A stretch of 64,000 nt of DNA, taken from positions 13,549-77,548 of the IMG/VR virus record IMGVR_UViG_3300028534_000021. The stretch is one strand, 5' to 3'. Shown here piece after piece: positions 47,427 through 55,886 of this stretch; positions within the stretch are counted from its first letter, which is position 1; every line of letters begins with the position of its first letter. Below the pieces are notes generated by a model that made no database searches, had not been told where the DNA came from, and saw nothing but the letters and a program-made list of their open reading frames with translations. The DNA comes from a virus. Made by a program: the position numbers and the translations under genes.

Positions 47427-49613
47427 ATGTTAGATCCAATAAGTTCTAAATTAATATGTGATAAATTTCAATGTATTGATAATAAATTAGCAAATATTAA
47501 TCTAGGGGATAATAATTATATAAGTCAATATGATGGAAGCGATATACCATTAGACAAATTAGGTAAAGATGGTGATCATTATTTTAAAAACGAAAGAATA
47601 GAAGTAAATTATAAAATAGATCTCGATATAAGTTTTAGTAATGGTGATAAAACTGAAGGTTGGACGAAAGAATTTATAGACATTTTTTCAGAATATTTAG
47701 ATGTTCACTATATCGAAGATATGAACTCGTTCTCATTCTGTACTTCCAAAACTGGGATACCCCAAAATCAAGATCAAGACATAAAATTAGAAAATAATTT
47801 TATAGCATTTTGGTTTTATGCATCTACCGAAGAGGATTACGAAAAAATTTCAGATTTCGTAAATACTTATTTAAATAAAATTTTAATAAATGATATGGAA
47901 ATAGCATTAACTTTTCAGTATAAATCTAGTATCGATAATGTTGTTGAAAAAGAGGATAGTTTTTGTATAGCCGTATATGAAAGCGATTTATTAAATAAAT
48001 ATTCTATTGATGATTTTTATCCAGCAACGGCCGATAATTTCATAAATTTAAAAGCTCTTGATTATAAAAAAATTTACCCGATGGAAGAATATAAAAAATT
48101 AGAATCTAAATGGTGGTCAGTAAAAGATTTAGCTTTTAAAATGATCAACGACTATGTAAAAGATTCTATAATTAAAATTTCAAATTATTTGAAAAAAATT
48201 GAATTTATAAATAAAATAAATTCTTTTATTAAAATAGATGCCGAAATAATTAACTATTTTATGGATGGGGATGATTATAAAATAATTACTACTATAAATA
48301 TTGATCCAAGCTCTCCAGATAACTCTATTTTATTTTATGATAAGGATTTTACTTTAATACAAAGGTATTCTGGAATTGGTTCAGATAGTATGGTAAATAT
48401 CCGATTTTTAAAATTTAAAAATACGGAAGTAATATGCGTACCATTCAAAAATACAAATAATAATATTACTGAATATACATGTAAATTAATGGATAAACTT
48501 GGAAATATCGTATTGGATATTATTTCTCCATCTCAGGAACGTGTTATTTTTCAACATGGTGACCAATTAATTATGGATAATTTTTTTGGGGGAGTACATG
48601 CTATTTTAAATGATAAAATATTTATAACTGGTTTTGATACCGAGGCTAAAAGATTATGTGTGTATGTATACGATAGTAATGGACAGTTAATAAATAAATT
48701 GGTTAATCCTGATCAAGTAAGCGATTCAGTGAGTTATTTTGGGTTAAATATATTTAATTATAATAATAATATATATATAATAGAATCTGGAGTTTTGTTA
48801 ATAGATGGTACTGAAAAATATGGTGGTATATATAAATACGATTCCGATCTTAATTTAATCGGAGTTAGTTATAATTCTAAAGTTTTCCCAAATAATAATT
48901 ATGAAAAAAAATCAATATTTGGTAATGTAATAGCAAATTCAAATTTAAGTCAATACGAAAATCGAATATTAATACCGATGAATTATAATTTAAAATATGG
49001 TAATGGGGAATGCTTTGTATACGATTTAGATTTACCAATAACCGATATTGAACAAAATAAATTAATTTTGAACAATTCTACTCAAAATGATACTGATTAT
49101 GGTACTGTATATGGTTTGGAATTGAGTTGTTGTATAAATAAAAATGGAATATATATTTCAGATATTTGTAAAAATACTACGGATATATATTCTGTTACTG
49201 GAGATTTATTAAAAACTTTATCCGGAGATGAGGGCGGTGGTATATATATAATAGGTGGAGGTAACGAATATATTTGTGGAACTTCGGCATATAAATATAA
49301 TACTATCGGAATGTATATTTTAGATAAAGAAGGAAATTTGATAAGAAATGACGAAGACGAGAATAAATTATTTTTTTATTGTGGTGGACAAAATTTTAAA
49401 AGCGACGAAACCGATTATATTTTAATTAATAAAAGTATTCGTAAAGAAGAATTGGATTTAGGTTATTATAAACTAAATAAACTTCCAGATAGTGAATATA
49501 AACAAGAATTGGGAAATGTTTTATTAAGCGAAGGTCGCGAAGTTCCTAACGAAATAGTTACAAAAATAAATGAATTGAGAATAGATGGAGGAACCTATGG
49601 TATATCTAAATAA
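47427..49613 (+). CDS. putative receptor-binding protein with beta-propeller-like repeats
   Basis: P...LGKDGDHY fibre motif; repeated VYVYDSNGQLI / IYKYDSDLNLI / YILDKEGNLI blades. Confidence 0.55.
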   Translation: MLDPISSKLICDKFQCIDNKLANINLGDNNYISQYDGSDIPLDKLGKDGDHYFKNERIEVNYKIDLDISFSNGDKTEGWTKEFIDIFSEYLDVHYIEDMNSFSFCTSKTGIPQNQDQDIKLENNFIAFWFYASTEEDYEKISDFVNTYLNKILINDMEIALTFQYKSSIDNVVEKEDSFCIAVYESDLLNKYSIDDFYPATADNFINLKALDYKKIYPMEEYKKLESKWWSVKDLAFKMINDYVKDSIIKISNYLKKIEFINKINSFIKIDAEIINYFMDGDDYKIITTINIDPSSPDNSILFYDKDFTLIQRYSGIGSDSMVNIRFLKFKNTEVICVPFKNTNNNITEYTCKLMDKLGNIVLDIISPSQERVIFQHGDQLIMDNFFGGVHAILNDKIFITGFDTEAKRLCVYVYDSNGQLINKLVNPDQVSDSVSYFGLNIFNYNNNIYIIESGVLLIDGTEKYGGIYKYDSDLNLIGVSYNSKVFPNNNYEKKSIFGNVIANSNLSQYENRILIPMNYNLKYGNGECFVYDLDLPITDIEQNKLILNNSTQNDTDYGTVYGLELSCCINKNGIYISDICKNTTDIYSVTGDLLKTLSGDEGGGIYIIGGGNEYICGTSAYKYNTIGMYILDKEGNLIRNDEDENKLFFYCGGQNFKSDETDYILINKSIRKEELDLGYYKLNKLPDSEYKQELGNVLLSEGREVPNEIVTKINELRIDGGTYGISK

Positions 49614-52062
49614 ATTTCCTTTTAATGCAATATTGGAAAAAAATAAGTTAAAAGGCTCAGATGATCAAAAGCAAATGGACGATACGACATTAAAAACAAT
49701 AATTCCAGAAAAAGATGCGCCTATTGTGGGTGGAGTATTACCAGATCCAATAGATGAAAGAGATTATATTTACAAAACCGATCCATTAAAAACTTATCAA
49801 ACCAGTGTTGATTTAAGAGAATATGCTGGAGAAATAGAAGACCAGAGTACTATTGGTTCATGTGTTGGTAATGCTACTGCATCGTGTTTGGAATTATTCT
49901 GTGCAGTAGAATATGGAAAAGATATTGATTATTCCAGATTATTTATTTATTGGAATGCTCGAGCCCTTGGTAATGTATCTGGAGATAATGGAGCTTATTT
50001 AAGAGATGGTTTAAAATCATGTAATACTTATGGAGTACCCGAATCCGAATATTGGCCATATAATGTTTCTAAAGTAAATACCAAACCTGATGAAACGGCA
50101 TTTAAAGAGGCTGAAAAAAATAAAGTTATAGAATACAATCGTATAGAAGTATCCGATATCGATAGTTTTAAAGATGCTTTATCAAATAAAAGAAGTGTTA
50201 TTATTGGAATGGATATAACGGAATCTTTTTATGATATGGCTCATGAATTAATAAATCAAGATTACAATGGGATAGATAAAGCTAATCCAAGTATTGGTGG
50301 ACATGCCTTAAATATAGTTGGATATGATGATAATTTAAACGGTGGTTCTTTTATAGTTGAAAATTCTTGGGGAGTCTCTTGGGGCGATAAAGGTTATTTT
50401 GCTTTAAAATATGATGTCTGGTTATCCGATGGTACCGATGCTTGGGTATGTACTAAATTTGATATAGATTTAATAGAAACCAATACTACTTTATTACGTA
50501 ATAAAATAGTTCAACATCGTCGATCAAATATTTCTGGAGAAGTACCATTACCAAAGGAATTGGCAACTGGAGAAATCGCTGTAAATGTACCAGATGGAAA
50601 ATTATTTATAAAATATGATAATATTATATACACATTTGATCATAATGGAAACGGTTCTTCAACTGGTTTAGAAGCGGTTGATCAGGGCAATGGTACCGGA
50701 TGGGTATTGACAAATCGGGATAATTCGGTTTATGGCCCAGTTGGTAAACACGCAATAGATTTTAGTTTTTCAGATAAGGATACTCTACAAAATGGGGCAC
50801 TTGGTGAATTATCTTTAGCTGCTGGTTATAATAACCAAGGTATTGGAAAATATACTTTGATTTCTGGTAGTAATAATTATGCTGGTGGTGATGGAAGTGT
50901 AGTTGTTGGAGAAAATAATAGAACTGATGGTGATAATGCGTTTGCTAGAGGTACCGGAAATTATGCTAGTGGTTTTAGTTCGCATGCTGAAGGAGTTTTA
51001 ACTAGAGCAGATGGTACTACTTCTCATTCAGAAGGAACCGAAACCATAGCAGGAGGCGATTATTCACATGCCGAAGGTATTGGTAATGTTTCGAGTGGAG
51101 TGGCTTCTCATACGGAAGGTGGTTATAACCCGGGAAATTCTGGTTCTGATTCTGGTTCATATTCTGGATCGTACTCGGCCTCATCTTCTAACTCATCTTC
51201 AGGTTCATCTTCAGGTTCATCTTCAGGTTCATCTTCGGGTTCATCTTCAGGTTCATCTTCAGGTTCATCTTCAGGTAGTCAAGATACAACTACTGGTTCC
51301 ATAGATAAAAATTTATCCGAAGGTGCCTCGGCACATACAGAAGGTGCCGGAAATCTGGCAAAAGGAAATTTTTCACATGCTGAAGGTTTTGGAAATTCCT
51401 CTATAGGATTAATGACTCATACCGAAGGGGGCAATAATAAAAACGAAGGAGAATTTTCACATGCCGAAGGATATGGAAATTATATTTTACCAACTGCGGT
51501 TTATTCACATGTCGAAGGATATATGAATAAAATTACTAGCGCTTATTCGCATGTTGGTGGTCAATATTCTGAAGCAACTGGAAGTTTTTCTTTCGCTCAT
51601 GGTTATTATAGTATTTCTCGTGGTAACACTTCGACCGCTTTTGGTTCTTATGTTACAGCAGAAGGAAATTTTTCTACTGCTATGGGTTATAATATTACTA
51701 CTAATAACGAATGGGGGAATATATGCGTTGGAAGTTACAATGATACCAAACGTAATACTATGTTCGAAATTGGGATTGGTTCAGATTCTCTTGGAAAAAG
51801 AAATGGATTTGAAGTATATAAAGATGGCAATATAGTTGCTCCTTATTTATCCATTAATGATAGTTCGGATGATAAAACTTTAATAAATAAAGAATATTTT
51901 GATAATTTTGGTAAAATAGATATTGTTAAAACTTTACCAGAACCAACATTAGAACAAATAAAAGATATTATTTATGAATTAGATTCTGGTTCATTATTTA
52001 TATGTGTGCCTAAATCAGATTCCTCAGAAACTAATGACGATTGTTTCTGGCGGGAAATTTAA
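49585..52062 (+). CDS. papain-family (C1A) cysteine protease fused to a trimeric beta-roll fibre
   Basis: SVDLR, DQSTIGSC, SRLFIYWNAR, GGHALNIVGYDD, VENSWG; then LATGEIAVN..DGKLFIK, many SHAEG repeats, FEIGIG...RNGFEV; likely start ATG 49597 after GGAGG. Confidence 0.88.
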   Translation: MEEPMVYLNKFPFNAILEKNKLKGSDDQKQMDDTTLKTIIPEKDAPIVGGVLPDPIDERDYIYKTDPLKTYQTSVDLREYAGEIEDQSTIGSCVGNATASCLELFCAVEYGKDIDYSRLFIYWNARALGNVSGDNGAYLRDGLKSCNTYGVPESEYWPYNVSKVNTKPDETAFKEAEKNKVIEYNRIEVSDIDSFKDALSNKRSVIIGMDITESFYDMAHELINQDYNGIDKANPSIGGHALNIVGYDDNLNGGSFIVENSWGVSWGDKGYFALKYDVWLSDGTDAWVCTKFDIDLIETNTTLLRNKIVQHRRSNISGEVPLPKELATGEIAVNVPDGKLFIKYDNIIYTFDHNGNGSSTGLEAVDQGNGTGWVLTNRDNSVYGPVGKHAIDFSFSDKDTLQNGALGELSLAAGYNNQGIGKYTLISGSNNYAGGDGSVVVGENNRTDGDNAFARGTGNYASGFSSHAEGVLTRADGTTSHSEGTETIAGGDYSHAEGIGNVSSGVASHTEGGYNPGNSGSDSGSYSGSYSASSSNSSSGSSSGSSSGSSSGSSSGSSSGSSSGSQDTTTGSIDKNLSEGASAHTEGAGNLAKGNFSHAEGFGNSSIGLMTHTEGGNNKNEGEFSHAEGYGNYILPTAVYSHVEGYMNKITSAYSHVGGQYSEATGSFSFAHGYYSISRGNTSTAFGSYVTAEGNFSTAMGYNITTNNEWGNICVGSYNDTKRNTMFEIGIGSDSLGKRNGFEVYKDGNIVAPYLSINDSSDDKTLINKEYFDNFGKIDIVKTLPEPTLEQIKDIIYELDSGSLFICVPKSDSSETNDDCFWREI
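51193..51276 (+). repeat. 12-bp tandem repeat x7 encoding (SSSG)7
   Basis: TCATCTTCAGGT seven times with one substitution. Confidence 0.95.
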
Positions 52063-52082
52063 TATAATTAAAAGGAAACTAA

Positions 52083-52805
52083 ATGTATATAACAAACGAT
52101 AAAATATTCATACATGTTATTAAATGTGGAGGATCTACTTTTAGGAGATTATTATATTCGCAAAAACCAAATATTGTTAAATTTGGAGTACACCATTTTC
52201 CAATAGAAATGGTACCAAAAAGATATGAAAAATACGAAAAAATTTTATTAATACGAGAACCAATAAGCTGGTATAAATCCTTTTATAATTATACAATTCA
52301 GCTTAAAGAAAAAGGCGAAAAATTTAATTTTTTCGCCGATTTATTAGTATATAAAGATTATGAAAATAATTTACATTATAGAGAAAATATAAGATCGGAA
52401 GAAGAATTTTTAAAATATGCTTTAGATTTTCAATTATTTGTAAAAGATTTTGAATTTTCAATATTAAATATATTTAATAAAATCAAACGAAAATCTCTCG
52501 GAAATGCTGATTATTTTACGTTACTCTTTATGAATTACGATTTTAATAATTTTGTAAATGAATTTAAAGATGTGAAAACGATATATGAATTTTTTATTAA
52601 AGTTACCGGTGGATTTGAAGCAGATAAGGTATTTTTCACACACGAAGATAAAATTTTTGATTATTTTGGATTAAGATATGATAATAAAAATTATAATATT
52701 ACTAAAAAACAAACTATATCAGAGTTTTCAGAAAAAAGTAAAAAAGATATAATAACCAAAGATAAAAAAATTATAGATTTTTTTAATATTCCTATGGAAA
52801 ATTAA
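52083..52805 (+). CDS. sulfotransferase-family protein
   Basis: FIHVIKCGGST resembles the 5'-PAPS-binding loop; IREPISWYKSFYNY resembles the 3'-phosphate-binding motif. Confidence 0.7.
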   Translation: MYITNDKIFIHVIKCGGSTFRRLLYSQKPNIVKFGVHHFPIEMVPKRYEKYEKILLIREPISWYKSFYNYTIQLKEKGEKFNFFADLLVYKDYENNLHYRENIRSEEEFLKYALDFQLFVKDFEFSILNIFNKIKRKSLGNADYFTLLFMNYDFNNFVNEFKDVKTIYEFFIKVTGGFEADKVFFTHEDKIFDYFGLRYDNKNYNITKKQTISEFSEKSKKDIITKDKKIIDFFNIPMEN

Positions 52806-52806
52806 T

Positions 52807-53496
52807 ATGAAAAATATAAGTATTTTAATAACATATCATAATATGGATTTAAAAATTTTTAAAGAAACTTTACAATCATGTATTAAATTTAAAGTACCTA
52901 TTATAATAGTAAATGATTTTTCAACTAAAAAAAATACGAGTGCCTTAAAAAAGTATTTAAAAAATTTAGATTTGGATAATATAACTTTAGCGAATACTTC
53001 AAAAAATTTATATATTACGGACGCTATTCTTTTTGGTTTAAATTATATAAAAACTGATTACACGGTACGTGTTGATCAAGATGATTTACTTTTAGATATA
53101 TATGAAAATTTTTCTAATTATGATATAGTATTTAGAAAATCTAATTGTACATCATATAATGAATGGTTGCTTAAAAGAAACGGTATTCCATTAACCGGTG
53201 TGATAATGAAAACTAAAATATTAAAACAAATTTATGAAAACAGTCCTTTTATGAAAACGATTGAAAAAATTATACCAGAGGATTTATATCATTTTTTAAA
53301 ATTACTAATATTTAAAGAAACTGAGTCATTAACTAGTATTATCGCGCCTTCACAAGTATATTTATATAGACCAAATTTGGGAAATATGAATAAAACAAAA
53401 AGATTAAAAAAAGAATGCCGTCAACAATTAGTACAGGAACTTTTAATACTTGATAAGTTATTAGACGAAAATTATAATATAATTAAAAAGGAATAA
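52807..53496 (+). CDS. glycosyltransferase family 2
   Basis: ISILITYHN, IIIVNDFST, RVDQDD (DxD), late ED motif. Confidence 0.85.
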   Translation: MKNISILITYHNMDLKIFKETLQSCIKFKVPIIIVNDFSTKKNTSALKKYLKNLDLDNITLANTSKNLYITDAILFGLNYIKTDYTVRVDQDDLLLDIYENFSNYDIVFRKSNCTSYNEWLLKRNGIPLTGVIMKTKILKQIYENSPFMKTIEKIIPEDLYHFLKLLIFKETESLTSIIAPSQVYLYRPNLGNMNKTKRLKKECRQQLVQELLILDKLLDENYNIIKKE

Positions 53497-53498
53497 AA

Positions 53499-53945
53499 AT
53501 GGCGGAAACTTTAACATCTATTGGATCGATGGTAGGAGCCGATATAAAAGATTTAAGATCGAATACGATACGAACCGATACGACGGAAGATCAAACAATT
53601 AATTCTAATTTGGAAGTAACTGGAGATTTTTCAGCTAATACTGTAACAGAAACATCGGCTTTAAAATTTAAAAAAGATATAAAATTGTTAGAAAATGGTT
53701 TAGATATAATAAATAAATTTAAACCAGTAAGATATACTTGGAAAAAATCAGATATCCCGGATATTGGTTTTATAGCAGACGAAGTTTACAAATTTTTACC
53801 AGAATTAGTAAAAATTAAACAAGATGAAATAACTGGATTAAATTACAGTAAAATAACAGCAATTTTAGTAAAAGCAGTACAAGAACAACAAATACTATTA
53901 AATAATTTACAAAACGAAATAAATACGTTAAAGGAGCAAAATTGA
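53499..53945 (+). CDS. short fibre protein with intramolecular chaperone (peptidase S74-like) domain
   Basis: TSALKFKKDI, KPVRYTWK, IGFIADEV, LNYSKITAILVKAVQE. Confidence 0.85.
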   Translation: MAETLTSIGSMVGADIKDLRSNTIRTDTTEDQTINSNLEVTGDFSANTVTETSALKFKKDIKLLENGLDIINKFKPVRYTWKKSDIPDIGFIADEVYKFLPELVKIKQDEITGLNYSKITAILVKAVQEQQILLNNLQNEINTLKEQN

Positions 53946-54211
53946 ATAAACTAGAAGATAATTTAACACAAAAAGACAAGTACCGACAACGAACGAATGA
54001 TATAATTTTATTAATGGTAGTTGGTTTGGCCATTTCTGCTGTCGGATTAACAATTTTTGGAAAATTAAGTCCTGAATTTAATTTAGCTCTTGGAGCCTTA
54101 CTTGGATATGCTGGTAATCATACTTATCAAAATATGAGAACATCTCCAAAAGTCGAAACTACCCAAAGAAATAAAAATAATTCTCCATATGAAGATGATA
54201 TTAAGGAATAA
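53942..54211 (+). CDS. two-helix membrane protein, possible holin
   Basis: Two hydrophobic helices and a charged C-terminal tail. Confidence 0.5.
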   Translation: MNKLEDNLTQKDKYRQRTNDIILLMVVGLAISAVGLTIFGKLSPEFNLALGALLGYAGNHTYQNMRTSPKVETTQRNKNNSPYEDDIKE

Positions 54212-54214
54212 ATT

Positions 54215-55582
54215 GTGGTAGAAACATTAAGCACGCTTGGAACAATGATAGGTACGGATATAAAAGATTTAAGATTAATAAAACAAGATATTTCTGCAGC
54301 CGACGCTAAATATATTAGAAATGATTTAACAACTGGTGAACAGATTATTAAAACAGATTTAGAAATAAATGGAAAACTTACTAATGATGGTATAGAATTA
54401 TCAAATGTAGAACATAACCATAATAATATTTATCCAATGTTAATTCGTACTAATGTAGCTACTTCTATCGATATAGATACCCGTTTAGCGGATGGTGGTC
54501 AATCACAGCTAGAGGTTTTTGAAAATTGGTATAGATTTTCTCATGATAAATCTGGAAAATTTCCAGCAAACTCGGATGAATTAGATCAATGGGAATATGA
54601 TCCAGAAAATGATCTTATCAAAAGTACCATTAATTCGCTTACATTTATTGGATTTATTAGCGAATTTAAATATGCTGATTATACATTATATTCTAAATTA
54701 ACTTCTGAAGTTTCAGATGATGATAGAATGGGTGTTGTAATAGCTTTTTATAAAGATCCCGTAACAAGAAGAGAATATACCTTATCAGCATTAAGAGATA
54801 ACGAAAGTTTTAATTGGCGCGTTGTTTATAATTATTGCCAGGGATCGAATTATGGAGAAAGAATAATTGAAGATAAATCGGAAGAAATTACCGATGGTGG
54901 GACTTGGAATAATTACGAAGATGGTTCAACTATTAAAGTACAACGTTCTGGAAATATTATTAAATGTTGGACTACTCAAAATGATAGTACTACATTAGTT
55001 GATGAATCATTAATAGAATTTAATTTAGAAGACTTGGATGATTTAGGAATATTTAAAGGTCCACAAGCATACGGTTTTGCATGTATGTCTCAAAAGGGAA
55101 GTACTTTTAAAAATGTATTTATTCCAGAAGGAATAAATTTATTAGAAAATTATTTATTTAATTTAGATACTAACGATACTTATAAACTTCAAACAGATGG
55201 AAATTATTTAAAATTAACAGATGATTTATTTAATTATATTCCAGATAATACTATTTTAAATGATATAAAAACTTTGAATAATTATTATAAAAATGGCTCT
55301 ATAAATAAACTAACTTTAAATAAAAGATCTTATAGTGATATTACAACTATAAAAGCTAGTACTAATTTTACAGTAGATTTAGCAAGCATTGGTATAAATG
55401 GATTAAAAGCTTCCTATGATATAAAATTATTAGATCAGGTAACAGACTCAGACACATACGATACTTATATTAATTCAGAAACTAGTTATACAATTAGTAT
55501 AGCTAAAGATGGGACAGCTTGCAAAATTATAAATTACGATGACAATGATCAAACTTTTTTAATTAACATTGCTGAAATATAA
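54215..55582 (+). CDS. fibre-associated protein with a lectin-like domain
   Basis: N-terminus shared with 53499; HNH metal motif; DDDRMGVVIAF within a beta-sandwich-like region. Confidence 0.55.
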   Translation: MVETLSTLGTMIGTDIKDLRLIKQDISAADAKYIRNDLTTGEQIIKTDLEINGKLTNDGIELSNVEHNHNNIYPMLIRTNVATSIDIDTRLADGGQSQLEVFENWYRFSHDKSGKFPANSDELDQWEYDPENDLIKSTINSLTFIGFISEFKYADYTLYSKLTSEVSDDDRMGVVIAFYKDPVTRREYTLSALRDNESFNWRVVYNYCQGSNYGERIIEDKSEEITDGGTWNNYEDGSTIKVQRSGNIIKCWTTQNDSTTLVDESLIEFNLEDLDDLGIFKGPQAYGFACMSQKGSTFKNVFIPEGINLLENYLFNLDTNDTYKLQTDGNYLKLTDDLFNYIPDNTILNDIKTLNNYYKNGSINKLTLNKRSYSDITTIKASTNFTVDLASIGINGLKASYDIKLLDQVTDSDTYDTYINSETSYTISIAKDGTACKIINYDDNDQTFLINIAEI

Positions 55583-55618
55583 AGAAACTTTATATAACCT
55601 CAAAAATACTATATATAT

Positions 55619-55657
55619 GGAAATCTAGAAGCCAAAAGGCTTCTAGATTTCCTGTCG
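55619..55657 (+). terminator. hairpin + CCTGTCG element (copy 10)
   Basis: GGAAATCTAGAAGCC-AAAA-GGCTTCTAGATTTCC then TGTCG. Confidence 0.6.
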
Positions 55658-55678
55658 TTAAAATTATTTAAAAACGTG

Positions 55679-55831
55679 ATAACTATTAATAGTTAACTAT
55701 TGATACCACGTGGTATCAATAGTAAGTATAGTTATCTATATACGTTTGTCTCTTTAGTTGATGGTACCGATAGTTAACTATTTATAGTGTGTGTACGAAT
55801 AGTTAACTATAGATAAAAACTCGTGTATTTT
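55679..55831. repeat. ATAGTTAACTAT array; inverted copy of the 32601 element
   Basis: Reverse complement of 55689-55831 matches 32601-32743 with 5 mismatches. Confidence 0.85.
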
Positions 55832-55886
55832 CAAAGTCTAATTCTATATTAAAGAACTAAATATTAATTAAATTAAAGGAAATTAA

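Noticed and set aside
51068..51304. Alternative-frame ORF with (VHLQ)n
   Set aside because: Out-of-frame reading of the 12-bp SSSG repeat.
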